Positions 38,001-48,353 are shown, counted from the stretch's first letter. The stretch is 64,000 nucleotides of DNA from Patescibacteria group bacterium (GCA_018830295.1 JAHJSM010000001.1:1980-65979), one strand, 5' to 3'. The notes: generated by a model from the letters alone, not told the origin. Translations and numbers: made by a program.

Positions 38001-39437
38001 CTACTCTACAATTTCCAACAATCTAATTTTACACCTCTCCGCCATGTCTTCAATGATAATTCCCTCTTTTAGTAAATCCCCCCTGATTTTATCCGCCTCC
38101 GCGTAATTTTTTTCTTTTCTCGCTTTCCCTCTATTTGAAATCATCGTTTGAACCGTTTTAGTCGCCAATATTTTAGTCAGCCGCTCCTGATAATTTTCAA
38201 AAAGCGGTTTGATAAATCCGAAAACTTGGTCAATTTCAAAAATATATTTTTCTATCTCCCGCGCTTGGCTAGATGATATTCGCGGCATTATTTTATAAAC
38301 CTCTTCTATAAAATCAAAGAGAGCCGCCAGAGCTAAACTAATATTTAAATCACTATCCATCGCTTTTTTAAATTCTTCCCTATTTCGCGATATTGTATTT
38401 TTAATATCTAAATTATTACTCCCGCCGTTAGTAATAAAAGAAAGCTCCGCCAAAAAACTCAAAAACTTTTCCGCAATTATTTTCGCTTCCTTAAAATCAT
38501 CAAAAGAAAAATCCAGAATCTTGCGGTAATGCGTTTTTAATAAAACCAATCTTAATAAAAGCGGATTGCATCCCTTCTCTTGAATGTCGCGCAGAGTGTA
38601 AAAATTCCCGAGCGACTTGCTCATTTTTTTGCCATTCACAAGCAAATGCTCGTTATGCGCCCAGTAATTGACGAATTTTTTTTCCGTCGCCGCTTCCGAT
38701 TGGGCGATTTCGTTCGTGTGGTGCGGAAAAACCAAATCCGCCCCGCCCGTGTGAATATCAAACCGTTCTCCTAAATATTTCATTGACATTGCCGAACATT
38801 CAATATGCCAGCCCGGCCGTCCTTTTCCAAGTTCCGTCTCCCAAAAAACATCCCCGTCCTCCTTCTGCCACGCCTTCCATAAAACAAAATCATTCGCTTC
38901 TTCTTTTTCATATTCGTCGCTAATATTTAGCCGCCCGCTAGCATTCTTTTTTAATGTTCTTTTTTCTAATCGCGCCAATTCGCCGTATTTTTTAAATTTC
39001 GAAATATCAAAATAGATTGAACCGCCTGACTCGTAGGCAGAGCCATTTTTAAGTAATTTTTGAACCAAAGCGACCATTTCGGAAATATGCTCCGTCGCCT
39101 TGGGCAGAACATTCGGCATTTCCACATTCAACGCCTCCATGTCTTTAATAAATTCTTTTGTGTAAAATTCAGTAAATTCTTTAAGCGTCTGGCCTTTTTT
39201 TTGGCTATCTCTAATCGTCTTATCGTCAATATCTGTAATATTCATCACCTGCTCAACCTCAAAACCGCTGAACGCCAAATACCGCCTCAAAAGGTCGGCA
39301 AAAACATACGCTCTCAAATTTCCGATATGGGCGAAATCATAAACAGTCGGTCCGCAAGAATACATCCCGACCTTGCCTTTTTTAATCGGCTTAAAAACCT
39401 CGCTTTTCCTCGTTAGGGTATTAAACAATCTCAACAT
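38001..39437 (-). CDS. cysS: Cysteine--tRNA ligase
   Basis: CGPTVY, HIGN, GRPGWHIECS, KMSKS. Confidence 0.98.
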   Translation of the reverse strand: MLRLFNTLTRKSEVFKPIKKGKVGMYSCGPTVYDFAHIGNLRAYVFADLLRRYLAFSGFEVEQVMNITDIDDKTIRDSQKKGQTLKEFTEFYTKEFIKDMEALNVEMPNVLPKATEHISEMVALVQKLLKNGSAYESGGSIYFDISKFKKYGELARLEKRTLKKNASGRLNISDEYEKEEANDFVLWKAWQKEDGDVFWETELGKGRPGWHIECSAMSMKYLGERFDIHTGGADLVFPHHTNEIAQSEAATEKKFVNYWAHNEHLLVNGKKMSKSLGNFYTLRDIQEKGCNPLLLRLVLLKTHYRKILDFSFDDFKEAKIIAEKFLSFLAELSFITNGGSNNLDIKNTISRNREEFKKAMDSDLNISLALAALFDFIEEVYKIMPRISSSQAREIEKYIFEIDQVFGFIKPLFENYQERLTKILATKTVQTMISNRGKARKEKNYAEADKIRGDLLKEGIIIEDMAERCKIRLLEIVE

Positions 39438-39508
39438 ATTTTTATTCTATCATACAAACAAAAACCGCGAAAGTTAAAAGCGGCCTTTTGGACCGCTTTG
39501 TTGTGTTA

Positions 39509-39757
39509 TTATAGTGGAAGCCCTCCGCCGCCAGGCTCAAGTTCTTTTCCGCATTTTGGGCATTTTCCGGGACGGTTAACTACCACTCTCTGGTTATGAT
39601 CATGACCGCTGATATTGTAACAAAAATGCCATTTAGAATTAATCGGCGCGAGATAACGCCCTTCCTCGCAAACCCCTTGATTGCGATTGTCCATATAATC
39701 ATTTACTATCACGCTTCTTTCCTCTTCGCCATGTTCTGTGTCAAGCATATCGACCAT
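39509..39757 (-). CDS. Small hypothetical protein with PGKCPKCG metal-binding motif
   Basis: C....H.......PG.CP.CG..L resembles heavy-metal-binding domain. Confidence 0.5.
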   Translation of the reverse strand: MVDMLDTEHGEEERSVIVNDYMDNRNQGVCEEGRYLAPINSKWHFCYNISGHDHNQRVVVNRPGKCPKCGKELEPGGGGLPL

Positions 39758-39793
39758 AAATACCCCTTTTTTCTCCCTAAAATTGTTAAAAAA

Positions 39794-40954
39794 CTATATC
39801 CTCTTATCTTTTTTAATATCCTGCCTTATTTTCTCCATAAAATCAAACATAAAACGCAAATTATGAATTGTCGCCAGGCGCGCCGCGAGTATTTCTTTTG
39901 CTCTGAAAAGATGATGTAAATAGGCGCGAGTGAAATTTTGACAAGTATAACACTGGCAATTTTTCATAATTGGTTTTTTATCTATTTTATAAGTTGTTTT
40001 AAAAATATCCAATTTGCCTCGCTCAGTCAATAGCGTCCCATGCCTCGCCAGTCGCGTCGGCTCAACGCAGTCAAAAAGGTCAATTCCTCTTTTAACCGCT
40101 TCTCTAACATCTTCTAAATACCCAATACCTAATAAATGGCGCAGCTTGTTTTCGGGAAGATAGGGAATAATCCAATCAAGCGCCTTTTTCATCTCGCCTT
40201 TCCCAAACGAACCTCCTATTCCAAATCCATCAAAAGGCATTTCGCCGATAAAGCGCGCGCTTTCTTTTCTTAAATCCTCAAAAAGACCGCCTTGAACAAT
40301 GCCAAAAAGAAATTGATTATCTTTATTTTTCGCCTTTAAACATCTTTCTGCCCAGCGATGCGTCCGTCCCATCGCCTTTTTTGTGTAATCATAATCTGCC
40401 AAAGGAGAAGAACATTCATCAAAAGCGAAAATAATATCAGCGCCTAAGTCCTCTTGAATCTTGATTGAAATTTCTGGCGTAAAGCGATGCGCGGAACCGT
40501 CCAAATGAGAGGTAAAATCAACCCCCTCCTCATCAATCTTGACTAATGAAGCATGGGAGGAATGGGGACAGTCCCCAATTTTTGGGGACTGTCCCCATTC
40601 CTTTTCCCCCTCTTTCAAAATCTTACCAACCTTATCTTGAATCGCCATCCCTAAACTAAAAACCTGAAAACCGCCACTATCAGTCGCCGTCACTCCTTGC
40701 CAATTCATAAATTTATGCAGCCCGCCCATCTTCTTTACAATTTTATTCCCCGGCTGAAGATACAAATGATAAGCGTTAGCCAAAACGCCCTCAAAACCAA
40801 TTTTTTTAATATCTTCCGGGGTTAATCCTTTAACCGACGCCTTAGTCGCCACGGGAAAAAACGCCGGCGTTCTCATTACCCCGTTAGCGGTTTTAATCAC
40901 TCCCAACCGCGCCTGCGATTTTGAATGTTTTTTTGTAATTTTGAAAAATGACAT
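39794..40954 (-). CDS. tgt: tRNA-guanine transglycosylase
   Basis: DSGGFQVFSL, FDEC, GIVQGG, HLLGIG, FDCV.PTR, CQCYTC..H; start moved to MSFFK. Confidence 0.96.
   Translation of the reverse strand: MSFFKITKKHSKSQARLGVIKTANGVMRTPAFFPVATKASVKGLTPEDIKKIGFEGVLANAYHLYLQPGNKIVKKMGGLHKFMNWQGVTATDSGGFQVFSLGMAIQDKVGKILKEGEKEWGQSPKIGDCPHSSHASLVKIDEEGVDFTSHLDGSAHRFTPEISIKIQEDLGADIIFAFDECSSPLADYDYTKKAMGRTHRWAERCLKAKNKDNQFLFGIVQGGLFEDLRKESARFIGEMPFDGFGIGGSFGKGEMKKALDWIIPYLPENKLRHLLGIGYLEDVREAVKRGIDLFDCVEPTRLARHGTLLTERGKLDIFKTTYKIDKKPIMKNCQCYTCQNFTRAYLHHLFRAKEILAARLATIHNLRFMFDFMEKIRQDIKKDKRI
40564..40596. repeat. REP-like palindrome type B inside tgt
   Basis: GGGGACAGTCCCC-AATTTTT-GGGGACTGTCCCC, translated WGQSPKIGDCPH. 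Confidence 0.92.
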
Positions 40955-40969
40955 AAATTTATGCTTGTT

Positions 40970-41000
40970 GGGGGCTGCCCCCGCAACGGGGGCAGCCCCC
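40970..41000. repeat. REP-like palindrome type A
   Basis: Identical to 11390-11420. Confidence 0.92.
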
Positions 41001-41006
41001 AACTCT

Positions 41007-41462
41007 TTATTCTCTTATTTTATATCCCGCCACTCCAAACGCGACTACCACATTAAGCGACTCTTTCTTCCCCGCCATCGGCAAATGAATAATCTTATCT
41101 GATTTTTTCAAAACCGAAAGCGAGACGCCTTTAACTTCATTTCCAATCACCAAAGCCATCGGAAATTTCGGCTTGAATTTATTATAAGCGACGCTATTTT
41201 TCGTCTGCTCTAAAGCGACGATAAAAACGCCTTCTTTCTTAAGTTTGTCAATGACTCGCCATATTTGCGAATGATATTCCCACGGAATATTTTTTTCCGC
41301 GCCTAAAGCGGTCTTTGAAATTTTATCTCGCGGCGGCTTTCCGCAAATCCCGCATAAAAAAATTTTATCAACGCCCAAAGCATCGGCTGTCCTAAAGACC
41401 GAACCGATATTCTCCAAACTGCGAATATTATCGCAAACAACATAAAATTTATTTTTTCCCAT
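41007..41462 (-). CDS. TrmH/SpoU family RNA methyltransferase
   Basis: NIGSVFRTADA, GNEVKG, PM.G.KESLNV; start moved to MGKNK. Confidence 0.93.
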   Translation of the reverse strand: MGKNKFYVVCDNIRSLENIGSVFRTADALGVDKIFLCGICGKPPRDKISKTALGAEKNIPWEYHSQIWRVIDKLKKEGVFIVALEQTKNSVAYNKFKPKFPMALVIGNEVKGVSLSVLKKSDKIIHLPMAGKKESLNVVVAFGVAGYKIRE

Positions 41463-41476
41463 ATCGTCCTGAGTTT

Positions 41477-41507
41477 GGGGGCTGCCCCCGCAGCGGGGGC
41501 AGCCCCC
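41477..41507. repeat. REP-like palindrome type A
   Basis: Spacer GCAGC. Confidence 0.92.
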
Positions 41508-41557
41508 AAACAAATCAAAGTTAAAGGGCTGTCGGCATTTCCAACAACCCTTTTTTG

Positions 41558-41941
41558 TTATAAATCATACTTTAAAACCCCATCGTGATGCGCCTGCGCT
41601 CCCCTCGCTCCACTTAACATTCCACGCGTCACAACCGACTTCCCGCGAACCGGCTTTTCTTTTTGAGCGACAACCTTAAGATGTCTGCCTAAAATCTCGT
41701 CTTTAACTTCTATCCCCAATTCGCCAATAATTTCCAGAAAAACCTCCTCTTCTCTTTTGTATCCGTAGATAAGAGACTTAGAGGTGTTAATTTCCCCGCC
41801 AGCATCCTTAAATGCTAGCACGCATCTTGAAAAAAAAGCGCGGGGACGGGTTGATTGATATCTCCCTGTTTTGATAATTTGCTTAACGATATTTTTGAGT
41901 AAAACTCTGCCCTTCTCTGAAAAAATAGTCATTTTCTCCAT
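41558..41941 (-). CDS. ORFan hypothetical protein with own promoter and terminator
   Basis: TTGACA-17-TATAAT at 42031-42003, G-rich SD, hairpin at 41524-41555. Confidence 0.6.
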   Translation of the reverse strand: MEKMTIFSEKGRVLLKNIVKQIIKTGRYQSTRPRAFFSRCVLAFKDAGGEINTSKSLIYGYKREEEVFLEIIGELGIEVKDEILGRHLKVVAQKEKPVRGKSVVTRGMLSGARGAQAHHDGVLKYDL

Positions 41942-42035
41942 ACTCCCCCCCTTTTTTTAAAAGTTAAAGGTTAAAGAAATTTAAAGAACCAAACTTGGCT
42001 AGATTATAACAAAATGTTTTCTATTTGTCAAGCCC

Positions 42036-43067
42036 TTATTCCCACAGTTTTTTTGCCTCGGCCCAGATCGCGTTGTTCCCCTGTTCCTTTTTTTGGTACC
42101 ACCATTCAACACCCCACAAATAAAATTCATCGAGACCAGTCTGACGCGCGTATTCAATTACATCTTTAAATTTTTCTAAATCCATTGACTTTGCCTGTTC
42201 CTCTGCGCTTGTTTCTTGAATTGAGGTTTGACTCCACGGCTCGGCTTGAAGTTCAATCACAATCACTCTTTCTATTTCTGTAAAAAACCTTACGAAATCA
42301 GCCCTTTTTTTATAAAAAACAGGCGGAATAGGATACTCAACTCGTCCAAATGTATCGCTCCAAACATTACGATAAAGAGTCGTTCCTAAAACATCGCCTC
42401 GCAAAGCAGGTTGAATCCAACTACTCAATTCCCCACTGGCTGTCATAATAATTGTTTTTCCAGAGATATTCAATTCCCGAACCAAAGCAACTTCTTTATC
42501 TAAAAATTGCTTATCCAACGGCGGACATTCGCCAAATCCTCTTAAAAATGGTTCGTTTTCAACTTGCCATGCCTTAATGGTTTCGCTCTCGCTATAATGA
42601 TTAACAATTTCCTCCAACATCAACAAAATTCGCTCCTGTTGTTCAGAGACCATCAAATTATCCGCCCATTCTGGAGAATGACATTCTGGCCATCTGGGTA
42701 CTTTTCGCCCGACGACTAAAATAACATCTGCGTCCCTTTCTTCCGCTCGCGCAATCTGCCAATCCAAATCATCAAAAAAATATTCCCCTTGGCTTGGTTC
42801 TATCTTGTCCCAATAGGCGACCAAGCGAAGTTTTTTTACGCCCAATCCGTCCAAGATATCCAAATAAGCCGCCTGCCAATCAAGCCCCATTTCCTCGGCA
42901 AACTTTTGACTGAAGGTGACGCCAAAGACGGCATTCTCGGCGGGAACAGCTTCCCCCGTGAACAGATAAACAAAAACGCCCGCCAAAAGAATAACAATTA
43001 AAAGAATTGTTATAAGCAAAATGCGGAGCGGATTAAAAATATCTTTAAATAATTTTCGTTCTTCCAT
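42036..43067 (-). CDS. Membrane-anchored GH-A clan glycoside hydrolase (GH5/GH42-like)
   Basis: YWDKIEP..G, K.PRWPECH.P.W, WQVENEP (acid/base), ELQAEPW (nucleophile). Confidence 0.8.
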   Translation of the reverse strand: MEERKLFKDIFNPLRILLITILLIVILLAGVFVYLFTGEAVPAENAVFGVTFSQKFAEEMGLDWQAAYLDILDGLGVKKLRLVAYWDKIEPSQGEYFFDDLDWQIARAEERDADVILVVGRKVPRWPECHSPEWADNLMVSEQQERILLMLEEIVNHYSESETIKAWQVENEPFLRGFGECPPLDKQFLDKEVALVRELNISGKTIIMTASGELSSWIQPALRGDVLGTTLYRNVWSDTFGRVEYPIPPVFYKKRADFVRFFTEIERVIVIELQAEPWSQTSIQETSAEEQAKSMDLEKFKDVIEYARQTGLDEFYLWGVEWWYQKKEQGNNAIWAEAKKLWE

Positions 43068-43071
43068 AAAA

Positions 43072-43968
43072 CTACAACGCTAAAATTCCCAAACCGAAAA
43101 CAATAAATAAAATCGCCGTTAATTTTTGTAAAATAATTTTATAATTAACCCTCTCCTGAATAATTTTCGGAAATTTTTTGGAAAGAAATAAAACAATAAT
43201 TAAAAGAAAAACATATTGAACCCCCTGCAAAGCGTTCACTATCGAAACGCTCCCTAAATAAATGGCATAATTAAGCAAAACAAACGCGCAAGCGGAAAGA
43301 ATTTTATTGGAAATAAACAACCCGCCTATTCCTATTTTAACAGATTTTGATGTTTTGAAAATAGTCGTGCGCGCGGAGGGAATTAAGAGCAAAGAACAAG
43401 CGCCTAAAACGCCGCCTAGCCGAACCCAAATAAAGCCGTTAATAAACGACTGCCCGTTAAAAACAAACTTGGTTAAAACAAAAGAAAGAGCGAATAAAAA
43501 CGCGGCCGAAACAGCAATTAATAAGCCCTTGGATAAAAAGGTTTGAGCGCTTTTTTGAGGCAAAAACATAATTACTCCTCCAAAAACAAGAAAGCAAAAA
43601 GATATTAACTGGTGAGACGCCAATCGTTCGTTTAGAAAAAAATATGTTAAAAATAGCGTAAAAATAGGAACCAATCCGCCCACAATCGGAGCGACAACCG
43701 ACACCTCGTTCGTTTGAATAGTCCGATAAAAAAACAAAATCGCGAAGACAAAAGCGATTCCCGCGGCAAAACCACCGACCATTTGCCAAAAGGACATTAA
43801 AGAAAAACCGAACGGGATCAAAAACAAAGAAGCCGCCCCGCCCAAAAGCCCGACAAAAAAAGCGGCGGCCGCTGGTCGCAAAACCGTCTTTGAAAGCAAA
43901 AATTTATCAACTGTAAAAACAACAGCCAATAAAAAATGCGCGATGATAGCAATAAATAACCAGTCCAT
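43072..43968 (-). CDS. EamA/DMT-like membrane transporter
   Basis: About 10 TM helices, FLNERL motif; start at MDWLF. Confidence 0.8.
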   Translation of the reverse strand: MDWLFIAIIAHFLLAVVFTVDKFLLSKTVLRPAAAAFFVGLLGGAASLFLIPFGFSLMSFWQMVGGFAAGIAFVFAILFFYRTIQTNEVSVVAPIVGGLVPIFTLFLTYFFLNERLASHQLISFCFLVFGGVIMFLPQKSAQTFLSKGLLIAVSAAFLFALSFVLTKFVFNGQSFINGFIWVRLGGVLGACSLLLIPSARTTIFKTSKSVKIGIGGLFISNKILSACAFVLLNYAIYLGSVSIVNALQGVQYVFLLIIVLFLSKKFPKIIQERVNYKIILQKLTAILFIVFGLGILAL

Positions 43969-43972
43969 AAAA

Positions 43973-45103
43973 TTACATCTCCAGCTCATTCCGCCCGCAA
44001 ATCTCCGCATAAACGCGCGCGCTTCGCCTGACCCGTCTCTCCATTGTTTTGTAATCCACCTCCACTAATCCAAATCTCGGCCAAAAACCTTTATCCCACT
44101 CAAAATTATCAATCAGCGACCAGTGTAAATATCCCTTCACATTTACTCCATTCTTAATCGCTTTGTGAATCCAAAATAAATGCTCTTTAATAAATTTTTC
44201 TCTCCTTTTGTCTTGAGCGTCGGCTAATCCGTTTTCGGTAATATAAATCGGCTTTTCGTATTTTTCCAAATCCTTGAGAACATAATAAATGCCTTTTGGA
44301 TAAATTTCCCAACCCATATCAGTAAGTTCTTTGTTTTTGTTTTGGTTAAACCTGAACCACTTATAATAGTTAAGACCGATAAAATCCTGCTTCTCTTTAA
44401 TTTTATTCAGAAAATATTTATTCCAAAAATAATCAGCGAACTTTGCCAACAATCCGCCCTCAAAATAGATATTGTTTTTAGCGACGCCCACTTGGCAATC
44501 CAAGTCAATCAAATGCAAGGAACGATAAGCCAAGTGATGCGCTTTGGCTAAATTATTCAAAACCTTAAAATATTTAAAAATATTTTTATTCTGCGGCGTC
44601 CATTTTCCTGTCAAAAAAGATTGCGCCGTGTAAATATTCGGCTCGTTCAAAGTAATCCAAAAATCAACCAAATCAAATAAATTCTCGCTAATAATTTTTA
44701 CAAATCTATCAAAATAATAAGGCGCCTTTGGATTAAGCCACCCGCCTTTTTCTGCGAACCAAATAGGCAAGGTCCAATGATTAAGCGTGACAAATGGTTC
44801 TATTCCTCTTTTTTTCAAAGCCAAAAGAACTTGGCGGTAATGTTCAATTTCTCCCTTATTAATCATCCCTTCCTTCGGCTCAATCCGCGACCACTCAATT
44901 GAAAAACGATGCGCATTATGATTAAGCGATTTGGCAAGAGCAAAATCCTCCTCAAATCTCTGATAATGCTCGCAAGCCCGGCCAGCATCCCCTTTCTCCC
45001 ACTCCGACCAATTATTAACATTCCCGCCCTCAACCTGATGAGCGGCCGTCCCCGCCCCCCACAAAAACCCGTCTGGAAATTTATATGTTTTAATTTTAGA
45101 CAT
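43973..45103 (-). CDS. Glycoside hydrolase family 1 (beta-glucosidase)
   Basis: FLWGA.TAAHQVEG, RFSIEWSRI.P, TLNEP, ITENG, DNFEW; start at MSKIK. Confidence 0.96.
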   Translation of the reverse strand: MSKIKTYKFPDGFLWGAGTAAHQVEGGNVNNWSEWEKGDAGRACEHYQRFEEDFALAKSLNHNAHRFSIEWSRIEPKEGMINKGEIEHYRQVLLALKKRGIEPFVTLNHWTLPIWFAEKGGWLNPKAPYYFDRFVKIISENLFDLVDFWITLNEPNIYTAQSFLTGKWTPQNKNIFKYFKVLNNLAKAHHLAYRSLHLIDLDCQVGVAKNNIYFEGGLLAKFADYFWNKYFLNKIKEKQDFIGLNYYKWFRFNQNKNKELTDMGWEIYPKGIYYVLKDLEKYEKPIYITENGLADAQDKRREKFIKEHLFWIHKAIKNGVNVKGYLHWSLIDNFEWDKGFWPRFGLVEVDYKTMERRVRRSARVYAEICGRNELEM

Positions 45104-45115
45104 TTTCTTAAATTT

Positions 45116-45146
45116 GGGGGCTGCCCCCGCAACGGGGGCAGCCCCC
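45116..45146. repeat. REP-like palindrome type A
   Basis: Identical core, stem extended by AAATTT flanks. Confidence 0.92.
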
Positions 45147-45153
45147 AAATTTC

Positions 45154-45969
45154 TTACCTCTGACATCGCGGACAAAAATACGATGAACGACTGCCTGTTT
45201 TTACCCTTTTAATTTTTTCTCCGCAAACGCGGCAATCTTCTCCCTCACGCTGATAAACCTTCGCAAGCGGCATATACCCTCCCTTTCTCCCGTAAGCGTC
45301 AAGATAATCCCTGTCCGAACTCCCTTTCTTTTTTAAAGCAAGCGACAAAACATTTTTAATCGCCTCATAAATCGCCTTTATCTCTTTTTCTTTTAATGTC
45401 CCCGCGTTTCTATCAGGCAAAACCCCGGCAGAAAACAAAATCTCGCAAGCGTAAATATTGCCAATCCCCGCGATAAATTTTTGGTCCATCAAAAGCGTTT
45501 TAATGACCGACTTTTTCCTTTTCTCAATCCGTTCCTTAAATAAATTAAAAGAAAAACTTTTATCAAGCGGCTCGGGACCAAAATTCATTTCATCAAAAAA
45601 ATTGCCCAAATCTTTTTCCGAAATCAATTTAACAAAACCAAACTTCCGCAAGTCATTATGAAGCAAATAACTCCCGTCCGTAAAATAATAAACAATATGA
45701 CTATGCTTCCCCACCTCTCCGTTAAAAATCAGTTGCCCGCTCAATTTCAAATGAATAACTAAAAAGTTCCCACTAGACAGTTTAATCAAAAGCAACTTCG
45801 CCCGCCTCTCAACACCCTCTATTTTCGCCCCCACGACCGCCTTCTTAAATTTCCCCAAAGACGCCTTAACCATTCCTGGCAAAGAAACCAAAACCCGCTC
45901 AATCTTTTTCCCTTTGAGCGCCTGCCCCAACTGCCTCCCAATTGTCTCCACCTCCGGCATTTCCGGCAT
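45154..45969 (-). CDS. mutM: Formamidopyrimidine-DNA glycosylase
   Basis: MPEMPEVE, D.RKFG, GIGNIY, C-terminal zinc finger CRVC...CPRCQ. Confidence 0.97.
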   Translation of the reverse strand: MPEMPEVETIGRQLGQALKGKKIERVLVSLPGMVKASLGKFKKAVVGAKIEGVERRAKLLLIKLSSGNFLVIHLKLSGQLIFNGEVGKHSHIVYYFTDGSYLLHNDLRKFGFVKLISEKDLGNFFDEMNFGPEPLDKSFSFNLFKERIEKRKKSVIKTLLMDQKFIAGIGNIYACEILFSAGVLPDRNAGTLKEKEIKAIYEAIKNVLSLALKKKGSSDRDYLDAYGRKGGYMPLAKVYQREGEDCRVCGEKIKRVKTGSRSSYFCPRCQR

Positions 45970-45980
45970 AGTAATTAATT

Positions 45981-47033
45981 TTATCTTGGCGTTTCTTTGT
46001 ATTGAGTAGCGACGAGAACGCCTTTTAGCGCATCTATGTCTTCTAAGACCACTCCTGTCCCGCGGACGACTGCCGTAAGGGGGTCTTCAACCAATTTAAC
46101 TGGCATTTCTGTTTGCTCGGCAATTAATCGGTCAAGCCCTCGCAACAAACCGCCACCGCCCACTAAAAAGATACCTCGGGTCATAATATCAGCCACTAAT
46201 TCCGGAGGCGTTTCTTCAATAGTCGCTTTAATTGAATTAACTAATAATTTAATTGAATGATTTAACGCTTTTCGGATTTGGCTGTCATTCACAATAACCT
46301 CTTTTGGCAGGCCGGTAATAATATCTCTCCCTCTCATCGCTGTTTCTATTGGTTCATCTAACGCGCAAGCCGAACCAACCGCTATCTTTATATCCTCCGC
46401 CGTTTTTTCGCCTAAAAGAAGATTAAATTCTTCGCGCGCGTAATTAACAATATCCTCGTTAAATTTATCTCCGGCAATCCGCAAACTGCGGCTAACGACA
46501 ATCCCGCCCAGAGAAATGACAGCGACTTCCGATGTCCCGCCGCCAATATCAACGATCATATTGCCCGTCGCTTCTTGAACAGGCATTCTGACTCCAATCG
46601 CCGCCGCCATCGGTTCTTCAATTAGATAGACCTCGCGCGCGCCGGCGTTTCTGACCGCATCTTCAACCGCCCTTTTCTCCACTTCCGTCACGCCCGAAGG
46701 GATGCCAACCACGACGCGCGGTCGCGGCAAAATAGAAAAACTTTCTCGGTGAACTTTATCAATAAAAAATTTGAGCATCTGCTCGGTCACTTCAAAATCG
46801 GAAACAACCCCCGCCACCAAAGGCCGCGAAGCGACAATGTGCGCCGGCGTCCGTCCAACCATTTTTTTCGCTTCCTGCCCAATAGACAAAATCTGACCTG
46901 TTTTTTGGTTAATCGCCACGACTGACGGCTCATTAATAACAATCCCTCGTCCTTTGACATAGACGAGAGTGTTCGCTGTCCCTAAATCAATTCCGATATC
47001 CTTTGAAAAAAATCCGAAAAATTTATTAAGCAT
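45981..47033 (-). CDS. mreB: Rod shape-determining protein MreB
   Basis: DLGTANT, EPMAAAIG, DIGGGT, PPEL. Confidence 0.97.
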   Translation of the reverse strand: MLNKFFGFFSKDIGIDLGTANTLVYVKGRGIVINEPSVVAINQKTGQILSIGQEAKKMVGRTPAHIVASRPLVAGVVSDFEVTEQMLKFFIDKVHRESFSILPRPRVVVGIPSGVTEVEKRAVEDAVRNAGAREVYLIEEPMAAAIGVRMPVQEATGNMIVDIGGGTSEVAVISLGGIVVSRSLRIAGDKFNEDIVNYAREEFNLLLGEKTAEDIKIAVGSACALDEPIETAMRGRDIITGLPKEVIVNDSQIRKALNHSIKLLVNSIKATIEETPPELVADIMTRGIFLVGGGGLLRGLDRLIAEQTEMPVKLVEDPLTAVVRGTGVVLEDIDALKGVLVATQYKETPR

Positions 47034-48270
47034 TGATTTCTTCTAATAAGTTCTGTTTTTTGACTAATTTTATCTCTTCGCTGTCTCTTTTTTTAATTTC
47101 AACCGAATCTGATTCAACCGTTTTCCCGCTAACCACTAAACGCCAAGGAATGCCAATTAAGTCGGCGTCGGCAAACTTCGCGCCAGGAGAAGCGTTGTCT
47201 CGGTCATCATAAAGAACCTCTATTTTATTTTCTATTAATTTATTATAAATATCATCGGCGAAATCTCGCGTTTCTTTTTCTTTGCCCAAAGACAACAAAT
47301 GAACAGCGTAAGGGGCCACTTCTTCAGGCCAAATAATTCCTTTCTCATCATGATGAACTTCAACGATCGTCCCCATTGTTCGACTCGGTCCAAGACCATA
47401 ACATCCCATCTCAACAAAATGGATTTTATCGCTCGCATCTGCATACGAAAAACCAAACGGCTCGGAAAATCGCGTTCCCAGTTTAAAAATATTTCCGACT
47501 TCAACCGCTTTTTCCACTCGCAAATCGCCGCTTTGACAAACGGGGCATTCTTTTTGCTCTTCAATGATTTCTTTATTAACCGCCACCTTGCATTTATCGC
47601 AGATATAAATCGTATCTTCGCCGGCGTCCGTTAGCGTTTGAAATTCATGGGAATATTTTGAAAACGCTCCACCCGAAGCAAAGGTCAGATAAGTGATGTC
47701 TCCCAATCCGCATCTTTTGTAAACCTTAAAATACGCTTCCTTCGCTACTTCGTAAAATTTATCCAAGTCCTCTTTGTCGGTATGAAAAGAATACAAATCC
47801 TTCATGGAAAATTCCCTCCCCCGAATCAGTCCTGCTTTGGCGCGCAACTCGTTTCTGAATTTGGTTTGAATTTGATAGACATAAGCGGGCAATTCTTTGT
47901 ATGAAGAAACATATTTTTTAACTAAGGGGACAACGATTTCCTCGTGGGTCGCGCCCAAAGCGTATTCTTTTTTGTCGGCGCCCGCCAACTTGAAAAGAAC
48001 ATCAAAGTTATCCCAACGACCTGTTTGCTCCCAAACCTTTTTCGGCGTCAGAGAAGGCATCAAAATTTCCTGCCCGCCAATCGCATTCATCTCTTCGCGA
48101 ATTATATGACAAATCTTGTTATGAACTCTCAACCCCAAAGGCAAAAACGAGTAAACGCCCGCGCTCACTTTTTCTATAAAACCGCCTCTAATTAAAACTT
48201 CCGCGTTAAAACTGGTCTCATCCTTCGGCGCCTCTTTAATTGTTTTTGTAAAAAGTTTTGATTGTCTCAT
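47026..48270 (-). CDS. proS: Proline--tRNA ligase (short form without editing insert)
   Basis: MRQS, THEE, KFRNE.R...G..RGREF.MKD.YSF, EVGNIFKLG, MGCYG.G. Confidence 0.95.
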   Translation of the reverse strand: MRQSKLFTKTIKEAPKDETSFNAEVLIRGGFIEKVSAGVYSFLPLGLRVHNKICHIIREEMNAIGGQEILMPSLTPKKVWEQTGRWDNFDVLFKLAGADKKEYALGATHEEIVVPLVKKYVSSYKELPAYVYQIQTKFRNELRAKAGLIRGREFSMKDLYSFHTDKEDLDKFYEVAKEAYFKVYKRCGLGDITYLTFASGGAFSKYSHEFQTLTDAGEDTIYICDKCKVAVNKEIIEEQKECPVCQSGDLRVEKAVEVGNIFKLGTRFSEPFGFSYADASDKIHFVEMGCYGLGPSRTMGTIVEVHHDEKGIIWPEEVAPYAVHLLSLGKEKETRDFADDIYNKLIENKIEVLYDDRDNASPGAKFADADLIGIPWRLVVSGKTVESDSVEIKKRDSEEIKLVKKQNLLEEINA

Positions 48271-48279
48271 AAGTTAATT

Positions 48280-48310
48280 GGGGGCTGCCCCCGCAACGGG
48301 GGCAGCCCCC
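48280..48310. repeat. REP-like palindrome type A
   Basis: Identical core, AATT flanks. Confidence 0.92.
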
Positions 48311-48353
48311 AATTTTAACTAAAACAACCACTCAATGGGGTTGTTTTTTTGCT

